A stretch of DNA of 14,151 nt from Octopus sinensis. Lineage: Eukaryota. Of the stretch, positions 1 through 7,901 are shown one piece after another. The stretch is taken from NCBI RefSeq assembly GCF_006345805.1, contig NW_021825853.1, forward strand, positions 1 through 14,151. The letters are read 5' to 3'. The first letter of the stretch is position 1; each line of letters opens with the position of its first letter. The translations under genes were made by a program, and so were the position numbers. The notes under the pieces were generated by a model. That model did not search any database. It saw only the letters and a program-made list of their open reading frames with translations, and had not been told where the DNA came from.

Positions 1-97
1 CCATTGCGTGACACGCTGGGCAGACGTCTTTACTGCCTCGTGCCCACCAAACCTTCGTGAGTTGATTCGTTGGACGGAAACTGAAAGAAACCCGTCG

Positions 98-128
<31 letters not shown>

Positions 129-310
129 TGTGTGTGTGTGTGTGTGTCTGGGTCTGTGTTCACGTCCCCGGAACTTAGCGGTACGGCAAAGTAATCAATA
201 GAATAAATACCAGAGGAGTTCTAGGGTCGATTCATTTGACTAAAACTTATTGAAGGCTGTGCTACAGTATAGTCACAGTCTAGTGTCTGTAACAAGTAAA
301 AAATAAAAGA
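1..310 (+). mobile_element. tRNA-derived SINE, family B (CORE-like), old diverged copy, 5' end cut by window edge
   Basis: Colinear with the better copies at 8120-8504 and 5715-6108(-): CCATTGCGTGACACGCTGGGCAGACGTCTT ~ CCACTGCGTGGCACCTTGGGCAAGTGTCTT, then GACGGAAACTGAAAGAA, an internal (GT)n, CACGTCCCCGGAACTTAGCGG, GGGTCGATT and an ACAAGTAAAA end. Confidence 0.82.
97..147. repeat. (GT)n microsatellite inside the SINE B copy
   Basis: Directly visible; lies where other B copies carry a TA/TG-rich tract. Confidence 0.95.
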
Positions 311-519
311 AATATAAATATTTGAACACAGATACATAGTTTGAAAGGAGACAAAGCACAGACTCAAGCGTGTAGACAAAATATATACGTATATACAAAC
401 ATATATTACGTAGGTAAGGTTTCATTCAACTTAGCGAAGGTGGAAGGCTTGTGTTAGTAATTATTAAGAAACGACAACCACATCTCCGCTTTTAAAACCT
501 GCCGTTCACTAACAAGAGA

Positions 520-722
520 GAATCGTTCGCGGGATATTTCGGACAAAATGCTTAGCGGCATTTCTTTCGGAACTTTACCTTCTTAGTACAGATTCTGCCG
601 AGATCGACTTAAGCTTTTAATCCTTTCGGGTTCAATAAACTATGTAACAGTCAAGTATTGGGATCATTCTGCCCCTTCCCCTCAAAATTGTTGACTTTTT
701 ACCGAAATTAGAAAGAATTAAT
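520..722 (+). mobile_element. SINE family A, degenerate near-full copy
   Basis: GAATCGTT...GGACAAAATGCTTAGCGGCATTTC...GATTCTGCCGAGATCGACTT...TCCTTTCGGG...CCCCTCAAAATTG aligns by eye to the copy at 10450-10654. Confidence 0.7.
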
Positions 723-735
723 ATCAATTATAATG

Positions 736-897
736 TTTGCGTTTTGAGTTACAATTCTGCTGAGGTTTACTTTGCTTTTCATCTTTTCTTGGGGGTCAAT
801 GAAATAAGTTCCCCTTACGCATTGGGTCGATGTAATTGACTAGCCCACACCCTCCCCAAATCCAGGCCTTGTACCTGTAACAGAAATTATTATTAAT
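736..897 (+). mobile_element. SINE family A, degenerate, 5'-truncated
   Basis: TTTGCGTTTTGAGTTACAATTCTGCTGAGGTTTACTTTGCTTTTCATC...GGGTCGATGTAATTGACTAG...CAGGCCTTGTACCT...ATTATTATT tail. Confidence 0.75.
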
Positions 898-927
898 AAT
901 AAATTTCTAAAGCAACGATCTTTTCTC

Positions 928-998
928 AATCGTTAGTGCGGTCAGCTCTTTACGTACAGAGTTCAGATTCTGCTGAGGTCGACTTTGCCTTTCATCCT
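928..998 (+). mobile_element. SINE family A, short 5' fragment
   Basis: AATCGTTAG...CTTTACGTACAGAGTTCAGATTCTGCTGAGGTCGACTTTGCCTTTCATCCT. Confidence 0.7.
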
Positions 999-1012
999 AT
1001 AATTGTTGAAGT

Positions 1013-1172
1013 AAAATCCTTTCTACCATTGCCATAAAGCCTGAAATATTGTGAGAGGGGACTAGTCGATTACATAAACTCCATTGTTTAGCTGCTACTT
1101 ATTTTATTGACACCGAAAAGATGAAAGGCAAAATCGACCTCGGCGGAATTTAAACTCAGAACGTGAAGACGG
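1013..1172 (-). mobile_element. SINE family A, 5'-truncated, reverse orientation
   Basis: Reverse complement reads CCGTCTTCACGTTCTGAGTTTAAATTCCGCCGAGGTCGATTTTGCCTTTCATC...ATGTAATCGACTAGTCCCCTCTC...GGTAGAAAGGATTTT. Confidence 0.85.
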
Positions 1173-1409
1173 TAAAATCTTATTATCTATAATTCTGAGC
1201 AAATTTTGAAGGCTATCACAGAACCCCGTCGTATATATCTATGTGCCTTTCCTGGACCCTCAACTCCTTGGTGAAGTTCTAGGTCACCGTTGTGATATAC
1301 AGCGTGCTGCACTTTTAGACCTGACGGAGGTCATCCTTCTCCGAGTTTGACCGCAACCGATTACTTTCAGAAATGAGAAAGTCAGACAAAAAGAGTGAAA
1401 GAAAAGACT

Positions 1410-1560
1410 GGACCCTAGTACAGAACTAGCACATTATTCATTGAACCCGATGGAACGAAAGGCAACGGTTACCTTGGCGGAATTTGACCTCAGAGTGTAC
1501 GCGGACAGAAATGGAAAGACTATCCCAAAGCAATTTATCCAAACGATCGATCCATTCTGT
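1410..1560 (-). mobile_element. SINE family A, highly degenerate, reverse orientation
   Basis: Reverse complement contains CTCTGAGGTCAAATTCCGCCAAGGTAACCGTTGCCTTTCGTTCCATCGGGTTCAAT and a decayed head (ACAGAATGG...GGATAAATTGCTTTG). Confidence 0.65.
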
Positions 1561-1760
1561 AGAGGTGTTTTACGTTCTAGTTGTATTTCGTAACTGAGTG
1601 GTTTGAAAACTGCCAGGTTCAGAGCACATGGTCAATCCCATGTGCACGGAGTATGAACAATTTCTTGGAAACACAAGGCACGTTATGTAAATATGCCAAG
1701 TTAACGTGTCTCCACGGCATGAAACTTTTAGTAGCTATTATTTCAATACTGTATATGAAT

Positions 1761-1891
1761 GTGTGTGTGTGTGTGGTGCATATGTATGTATACACACAAA
1801 CGCATACACACATAAGCATGCATTAGGTGTGTGTGTGTGGTGTGTGTGTGTGTGCGTGTGTGTGAGTGTCTACTAACATGTGTGCGTGTGT
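1761..1891. repeat. Compound interrupted (GT)n / (CA)n microsatellite region
   Basis: Directly visible. Confidence 0.9.
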
Positions 1892-2067
1892 TTATATATG
1901 ATTAACCTAAAGTTTTGCTCTTTGTATTAATTATCATGGACATTAATGACTTTTTTATATATATATACGTCACTAAATAAGTTTGTATTCACAACTGACA
2001 TGAAATGTTTTGTATTTTTTTTTACTGCCCTGGAAAAAGAAAATAATATTAAACTGCCTTCCACTGT

Positions 2068-2150
2068 TAGTAGTAGTAGTAGTAGTATTAGTAGTAGTAG
2101 TAGTAGTAGTAGTATCAGCAGCAGCTGTTGTAGTAGCAGCAGCAGTAGCT
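2068..2150. repeat. (TAG/AGT)n grading into (AGC)n trinucleotide repeat
   Basis: Directly visible; source of the poly-S/T/L/V ORFs in the track. Confidence 0.95.
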
Positions 2151-2355
2151 GTGACTGCGGCTTTTGCGCCATGGGTAACAACGACGTTGATCCTTGCAGT
2201 TTTCGCTTCTAGCAAAATAACGTTCACAACTTTTACCCTATCCACCGCTTTTCCCTAAACAGCAATTTAGATTATCGAGCTTTCGTTTGTAAAATATCGC
2301 TGTCGATTTTCTAAGCTTGAAGTATCAAAAGTTTCGTTCAATCAATGTTTTGTTG

Positions 2356-2390
2356 CCTCCTCCTCCTCCTCCTCATCCTCCTCTTCCTCC
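2356..2390. repeat. (CCT)n trinucleotide repeat
   Basis: Directly visible. Confidence 0.9.
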
Positions 2391-2633
2391 TTTCTCAAAC
2401 CTCAACTGATCGTAAAGGCCGGTCTCATTATCCACGTCTTTAATTGGTGTTTTACATTAAACTGTTTACTGTAAACTGATTACAGTGTTATAAACATAGG
2501 AGAGCATGTAAGACTGTCAGCCATTCAAATCTCAATTCCGTAATTTTATAATTCCGTTCCATTTGTCTTGTAATTCTCTTTAATTATCCTTCAGAGCGGC
2601 GGTGGTTATTATAGCCACCTGTTTGATTCCATA

Positions 2634-2686
2634 CTCTCCTCTCTCTCTCTCTCTCCCTCACTCCCTCTGCCCCCTCTCGTGCTGTT

Positions 2687-2717
<31 letters not shown>

Positions 2718-2762
2718 GATTCTTCCCTCTTTCTTTCTTTCTCCCTCCCTCTCTCTCCCCCC
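2634..2762. repeat. Pyrimidine-rich compound (CT)n/(TATC)n/(TTTC)n tract
   Basis: Directly visible. Confidence 0.9.
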
Positions 2763-2891
2763 TAACACACACATACATGATACGTGTGTGTATATGTTAG
2801 TGAGGTGAGTGTGTGTGTGTGAGTGTATGCCTGAATGTATACTAGTGTGAATACGTGTGTACTACATTAATGCATTCCCTTTGTATACAAG

Positions 2892-3194
2892 GTGGAGGCG
2901 CAATGTCCCAGTGGTTAGGACAGCAGACTCGCGGTCGGAGGATCGTGGTTTCGATTTCCAGACCGGGCGTTGTGTGTGTTTATTGAGCGAAAACACCTAA
3001 AAGCTCCACGAGGCTCTGGCAGGAGGTGGTGGCAACCAATGTTGTACTCTTTCGCCCCAACTTTCTCTCACTCTCTCTCTCTTCCTGTTTCTTGAGTAAC
3101 GCTGCGATGGACTGGCATTCCATCAAGCTGGGGGGAACATATATGCCACAGAAACCGGGATAGGCTTGAAAAGGGCGACGTTTATCGTTTATCG
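2892..3194 (+). mobile_element. tRNA-derived SINE, family C, apparently full length, with 12-bp target-site duplication
   Basis: tRNA-like head GGAGGCGCAATGTCCCAGTGGTTAGGACAGCAGACTCGCGGTCGGAGGATCGTGGTTTCGATTTCC; (TTTATCG)2 tail at 3181-3194; TTTGTATACAAG repeated at 2880-2891 and 3195-3206. Confidence 0.9.
2904..2959 (+). promoter_or_regulatory. Internal Pol III A box / B box of SINE C (both imperfect)
   Basis: TGTCCCAGTGG at 2904-2914 (A-box consensus TRGCNNARYNNG, one mismatch in the core) and GGTTTCGATTTCC at 2947-2959 (B-box consensus GGTTCGANTCC), with tRNA-like spacing. Confidence 0.6.
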
Positions 3195-3360
3195 TTTGTA
3201 TACAAGATAAATATAAGAACAAATGTCTAAGCAACGCCGTCGAATATACACATACGTCTATACTTACATGCATACATGTATACACACAAATTTTATACAT
3301 ACATATAAATCAATCTCATAAACAATGAACCGTAGTAAGTGCACATGGACCGCGTGCTTA

Positions 3361-3376
3361 CACACACACACATACA

Positions 3377-3408
<32 letters not shown>

Positions 3409-3467
3409 CATACATACATACATACATACATACATACATACATACATACATACATACATACATACAT
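3361..3467. repeat. (CA)5 + (CATA)n tetranucleotide array
   Basis: Directly visible. Confidence 0.97.
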
Positions 3468-3680
3468 GATGGTTGCAAACATATTGTTGGATGGCCGTTG
3501 ACTGCTCATGAGCTCTTCCGCCTTTTCATAGGTCATATTTTTCGTCCTACAGAGTGTCCAACAACCATCTTCCTCACCAAGCAAGCTTGATGGTGTTGCC
3601 AGTTTGGTCGCCGACGACCCGACCATGCAACAGGTTGTACTGGGTTACATGTTACCAGTAGCGTCTAAGAGCGACTTGAC
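3468..3680 (-). other. High-complexity multi-hairpin island inside the tetranucleotide array; probably a fragment of an unclassified retroelement leader or short retroposon
   Basis: About 50% GC against AT-rich surroundings; four consecutive inverted repeats; CATA repeats on both sides. The identity is inference only. Confidence 0.4.
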
Positions 3681-3696
3681 ATACATACATATATGC

Positions 3697-3699
<3 letters not shown>

Positions 3700-3729
<30 letters not shown>

Positions 3730-3844
3730 TGTATGTATGTATGTATGTATGTATGTACGTATGTATGTACGTATGTACGTATGTATGCATATATGCATGT
3801 ATGTATGTATGTATGTAAGTATGTATGTATGTATGTATGTATGT
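3700..3844. repeat. (TATG)n tetranucleotide array, reverse complement of the 3371-3467 array
   Basis: Directly visible, with a few TACG/TGCA interruptions. Confidence 0.97.
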
Positions 3845-3965
3845 GTTCGTGCGTTTGTGTTTAATGAAAAGTATTGGCACTCAAATCCATTTGAATTTCT
3901 TATTCAAAGTGACCTGACCACATTGTTATGGACTGGAAAACCCAGGAATTATCTCCCACCCACCC

Positions 3966-3983
3966 CTCTCTCTCTCTCTCTCC

Positions 3984-4023
<40 letters not shown>
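3966..4023. repeat. (CT)n microsatellite
   Basis: Directly visible. Confidence 0.95.
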
Positions 4024-4029
<6 letters not shown>

Positions 4030-4310
4030 CTTTTCGTACACACACGTACATAAAATATTTTTGTGGCTGCTGTTATTATTTGTGTGTGACTTACTTTATA
4101 TCAACTCGCAAATGTCTGTTAAACTTTGTTGAAAACATTTTGTTTACTGTTGTACATTTTTGTTAAAACTTTCGTTAAGTATACCTACTTCACTGGGTGA
4201 AGAAAATAACTGGAAAATTGTACCTCTTAAGGTTCAATTTCTGCAATATCATACTTGTTTATGCCTGTTTTATTTTTCTTTTATTCATTTTTAAAATTTT
4301 TGTTGTACAA

Positions 4311-4990
4311 GGCTGTCGGCTGATGTTCCGTCGTGACGTTCTATCAAGGGTTATTGGAGGTCAGAGCGATGACGTCCTCGAGCAATCTCTTAGTGTACGA
4401 TGTAAAATCTACTGGCTGGCCTTTTAAACTCGACAGGCATGAAAATACCGTCAGTTGCATCTGTCCGAAGTGTGTGTAGAACGACGTAACCGTCCTGCAT
4501 GTGCTCGTACAGTGGCTCATCTAGTACTGGCGAGTGGAGTTATGTCCAACAGCTATTATCACATGAAGGACAGATCTCGCTATCAGCTGACTCTTTCTAG
4601 AAGATCGCTCTGCTACCTTACTTTTCCTCGCAGTTCGGGGCAGTTTTTCTCTTTTTGGTGGCTATTTCAAAAGAGGTTGTGTGGCAGACGAAACTGAAAG
4701 AACTGAAGGCATACACTTTACTTTACGAACAAGCTCTAATTGACTTCTTTAGCTTTCCCTTAGAAAGGGAAGTAAAGCTGTAGAATAAAGTGCTGTCCCA
4801 TCAACCCAGTAAATTTATGAATGTAGCGAAAATTGCACGAGTCTAAGGACCTACTTTAGGAATGCATTTCTAGACTGAAAAGTACATGGAAAAAAAGAGT
4901 AATCATGGTTTGGGTTCTGTGGGATTATTTGGTCACCCTTGGTTGGTAATTTTCCTCGCTTCATTTCAATTTTCCAAGCCTCCAGCAACC
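4311..4990 (+). mobile_element. Decayed 3' end of a Tx1/L1-clade non-LTR retrotransposon (ORF2 C-terminus plus 3' UTR)
   Basis: Frame at 4462 gives CPKCV*NDVTVLHVLVQW, a C-x2-C-x8-H-x4-(C>W) zinc knuckle typical of the L1/Tx1 ORF2 end. After a frameshift it reads WSYVQQLLS...AVFLFLVAISKEVVWQTKLKELK...LIDFFSFPLER...MNVAKIARV*GPTLGMHF*, ending at 4873. Clade call is from recalled motifs; the 3' boundary is approximate. Confidence 0.75.
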
Positions 4991-5171
4991 GAATTAAACA
5001 TCCCTGGGGAAGGGAATCTCTACATACCCTTCCCGCATGAGAAATACTGACTTAAATAACATCAACGATCGCATTTACAGTCATGTTTCATATTAAGGGA
5101 GACTCCAAAAAAGTACATTATATTTATAGGCGTTCACACAAGGACACACATTTCAAATACACGCACTCATC

Positions 5172-5174
<3 letters not shown>

Positions 5175-5204
<30 letters not shown>
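5175..5204. repeat. (TA)n microsatellite
   Basis: Directly visible. Confidence 0.95.
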
Positions 5205-5205
<1 letters not shown>

Positions 5206-5420
5206 TCACATACCAGCGTATTTTTATCAACTGTTCTACAGCTGGTATCATTCATCGACAAACTTGGCACGTATCTTCAACGAAAGTTAAGCAAAATGTG
5301 TGTGTATTGTTTGTTAGACACAAGCATACCTTTCGAAGAAGGTAAACTATCAAATACTTTGTCTAAAACTGAAGCGTAACTTATTGTCTAGGAACAAACA
5401 AATAGAAGATAAAAAGTGCC

Positions 5421-5512
5421 AGTAGTAGTAGTAGTCGTAGTAGTAGTAGTAGTAGTATTTCTTTCTAATTTTTGTACAAGGCCAACAATTTTGATGAGGG
5501 ACTGTAAGTCAA
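5421..5512 (-). mobile_element. 3' tail fragment of SINE family A with an (ACT)n tail
   Basis: 5457-5512 reverse-complements to ATTGACTTACAGTCCCCTCATCAAAATTGTTGGCCTTGTACAAAAATTAGAAAGAAAT, matching the 3' end of the copy at 520-722. It is followed on that strand by (ACT)n (the AGT run at 5421-5456). Confidence 0.6.
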
Positions 5513-5540
5513 TGCTTGTAGATGCATAAGGCGAGACAAC

Positions 5541-5705
5541 GAATGAAGTTCTTACTCGATTGATCAGCCTGCTAGACTTAACAGTCGAATTTCTATCCTA
5601 TCACATAGTATTGCCTTTGAAGAAGGCAGGATACTCTGACTAATGATGTAGCTCTAGATGTACACGCCTAAGTTAAGACACGATGGTTGTAGCTGAAACA
5701 TCTCT
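5541..5705 (+). mobile_element. Possible old unclassified interspersed-repeat fragment
   Basis: Loose resemblance, from memory, to another abundant octopus repeat (ACTCGAT...CTGCTAGA...GATGTAG.TCTAGAT...GATGGT); no second copy in the window to confirm. Confidence 0.3.
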
Positions 5706-5714
5706 CATTATATA

Positions 5715-6108
5715 TACTCTTTTACTTGTTTCGGTCATTTGACTGCGGCCATGCTGGAGCACCACCTTTAATCGAGCAACTCGACCCCGGGACTTATTCT
5801 TTGTAAGCCCAGTACTTATTCTATCGGTCTCTCGGTCTTTTTTGCCGAACCGCTAAGTGACAGGGACATAAACACACCAGCATCGGTTGTCAAGCAATGC
5901 CAGGGGGACAAACACAGATACACAAACACACACTCACACATATATATATACGACGGGCTTCTTTCGGCTTCCGTCTACCAAATCCACTCACAAGGCTTTG
6001 GTTGGCCCGAGGCTATAGTAGAAGACACTTGCCCAAGGTGCCACGAAGTGGGACTGAACCCGGAACCATGTGGTTGATAAGCAAGCTACTTACTACACAG
6101 CCACTCCT
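5715..6108 (-). mobile_element. SINE family B (CORE-like), full length
   Basis: Reverse complement begins AGGAGTGGCTGTGTAGTAAG (A box)...GGGTTCAGTCCC (B box), then GGCACCTTGGGCAAGTGTCTT (resembles the CORE motif GACCTTGGGCAAGTCACTT), and ends ...CAAGTAAAAGAGTA. It has a small internal duplication TCGGTCT (5824-5830 / 5832-5838). Confidence 0.93.
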
Positions 6109-6696
6109 AGTATTAATAAAAAAAAAATGGAATGTGTAATAGAGGTTATTGGGTACAACACATATATGTGTTCAGTCTGAGCTGATGCTGGATTAAACTG
6201 TATATCTGCGTTTATTTCCTCAGCTGTCAATCTTCACAATCAGGAGCACCACAAATATGGACGTGCCTCTGTTAGAGGCCTGCGAAAATTTAAGTCGTAG
6301 AGAACCGTATCAAACTGTTTTTAATAATATATATATGAGAGGAGAGGAGTGAGAGAGAAAAAGAATATAATCAAAGTGATAAAACCACGTGGTAACTGAG
6401 CTAAATGGTGGTCGTTATATATACATACATATATGTCCGACGAACGGGAACGTGAAACTCTGAGTAACAGATTTTGTGATATTTTTGCTGCCTTTTAAGA
6501 AAGTATATATATATATATATACATACTTTATTAAATGGAGTCGCATGAAACGATCGTACTGCATCACTTCTGGATATCCTTGTTGCTTTTTTTTAATCAC
6601 CTTATTTTGAAATTGTATGGATAATACCGTACTAAATTCTGGTGCCTTCAACTTAAGTACCATATTCATCTGAATCTGAACTTTTACTGAACTCAC

Positions 6697-6706
6697 ACAT
6701 ATATAT

Positions 6707-6744
<38 letters not shown>

Positions 6745-6778
6745 CACGCACACACACACCATATACAAACATGTGTGC

Positions 6779-6850
<72 letters not shown>

Positions 6851-6873
6851 GCACACACAACCATATACAAACA

Positions 6874-6912
<39 letters not shown>

Positions 6913-7020
6913 CACGCACACACAACCATATACAAACATGTGTGCATATATATATATATATAATATATATATATATATTATATATACACGCACACACAAC
7001 CATATACAAACATGTGTGCA
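6697..7020. repeat. Minisatellite: four 34-35-bp units separated by variable (TA)n spacers
   Basis: CACGCACACACAACCATATACAAACATGTGTGCA at 6848-6881, 6913-6946 and 6987-7020, with a 35-bp variant at 6745-6779. Confidence 0.95.
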
Positions 7021-7595
7021 TTTCCGTCGTAACTGCTATCCTGTCTTTTCTCGCCCGCCTTCTAAGGCTACTGGTCGACATTCTTTCTCTCTCGTCGTCC
7101 ACTATAATCCAGCGTTTGCAATACTTTTTTCGTCTGGCGTTAACAGCCCTTCTTATCTTGTTCTCCTTGTCCTGTCTCTCACTGTTATATATTTATTTTT
7201 CCACTGTTTATATATATATTTTTTACTGTTTATATGTTTGTACTGTCGTTACCGTCTTGCTTTTTTTACCCCTCTGCGAAAAGATCTCAGAATTTTAATT
7301 GATTTGCTTTTCGCAGGAAGGAAGTTTTCTTCGAAGTATACGTCTCGCTTTTATCCTTCGAAACGTTTAGTAGATGAAACCTTAGCGACTGAAGAAGGGG
7401 ATTTTTCGTTGTGCTTATTGTCCTGTATCTCTTTTTTTGCTTGTCTTGTTCCTTGGTTTGTGTCTATGTTTTTCGTCTCTCTATGTGTTCGACGTCTTTT
7501 TGGTGTCCTGTACACATATATGCGTGTATATGTACATGTAGAGGTAGGTACGTACATATATGTTTATATATATGCATATGTTCTATTTTATTAAC

Positions 7596-7602
7596 ATATA
7601 TA

Positions 7603-7632
<30 letters not shown>
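7596..7632. repeat. (TA)n microsatellite
   Basis: Directly visible. Confidence 0.92.
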
Positions 7633-7633
<1 letters not shown>

Positions 7634-7901
7634 CATATACTCACACACACATACATGTGTGCATGCATGCAGTAAAGTGAAATTGACACTGCAAGATAAA
7701 GTCTTTTAAATTATAGTCACGTGCCTCACATCCGTTTCGATTGTCACTTTGACATCCATTTAGACACTTCCCTGTACAAATACCGCAGCTTCATATTCAT
7801 ATTCTATTTGCACGCTCAGTTTCTGTCTCTTTGACACACTTCTCTATACAGATGCTATTAAGTGACCTTCATATCGCATACGTAACTTTATATATCTTTA
7901 G

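Noticed and set aside
1219-1350. Short coding-looking stretch (VVYIYVPFLDPQLLGEVLGHRCDIQRAALLDLTEVILLRV*)
   Set aside because: Only ~40 codons, with no splice signals or recognisable motif; it begins with a few bases resembling SINE B and cannot be assigned.
2166-2182. RFX X-box
   Set aside because: Only one half-site (GGTAAC) matches; the other half lacks the GTT/AAC, so it is not called as a site.
2892-2970. Functional tRNA gene (also the heads at 6108, 8120, 10030 and 10220)
   Set aside because: The anticodon and acceptor stems do not pair properly, and each head continues into a SINE body and tail.
3500-3556. Hammerhead ribozyme core (minus strand CGAAA...CUCAUGAG)
   Set aside because: CUCAUGA differs from the required CUGAUGA, and stems II and III plus the NUH site cannot be built. 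Twister and HDV cores also did not fit by eye.
3530-3640. Exonisation of the structured island (TTTTTCGTCCTACAG acceptor at 3552)
   Set aside because: The only nearby donors (CAG|GTTGTA, TGG|GTTACA) are weak; not supportable without RNA data.
4684-4702. SINE B-like GACGAAACTGAAAGAA inside the Tx1 fossil
   Set aside because: It reads in frame as WQTKLKEL within the retrotransposon ORF and the flanks do not match SINE B; coincidental.
6745-7020. CRISPR array (34-bp palindromic repeats with 31-68-nt spacers)
   Set aside because: Spacers are pure (TA)n rather than unique sequence, there are no cas genes, and the context is eukaryotic; it is a minisatellite.
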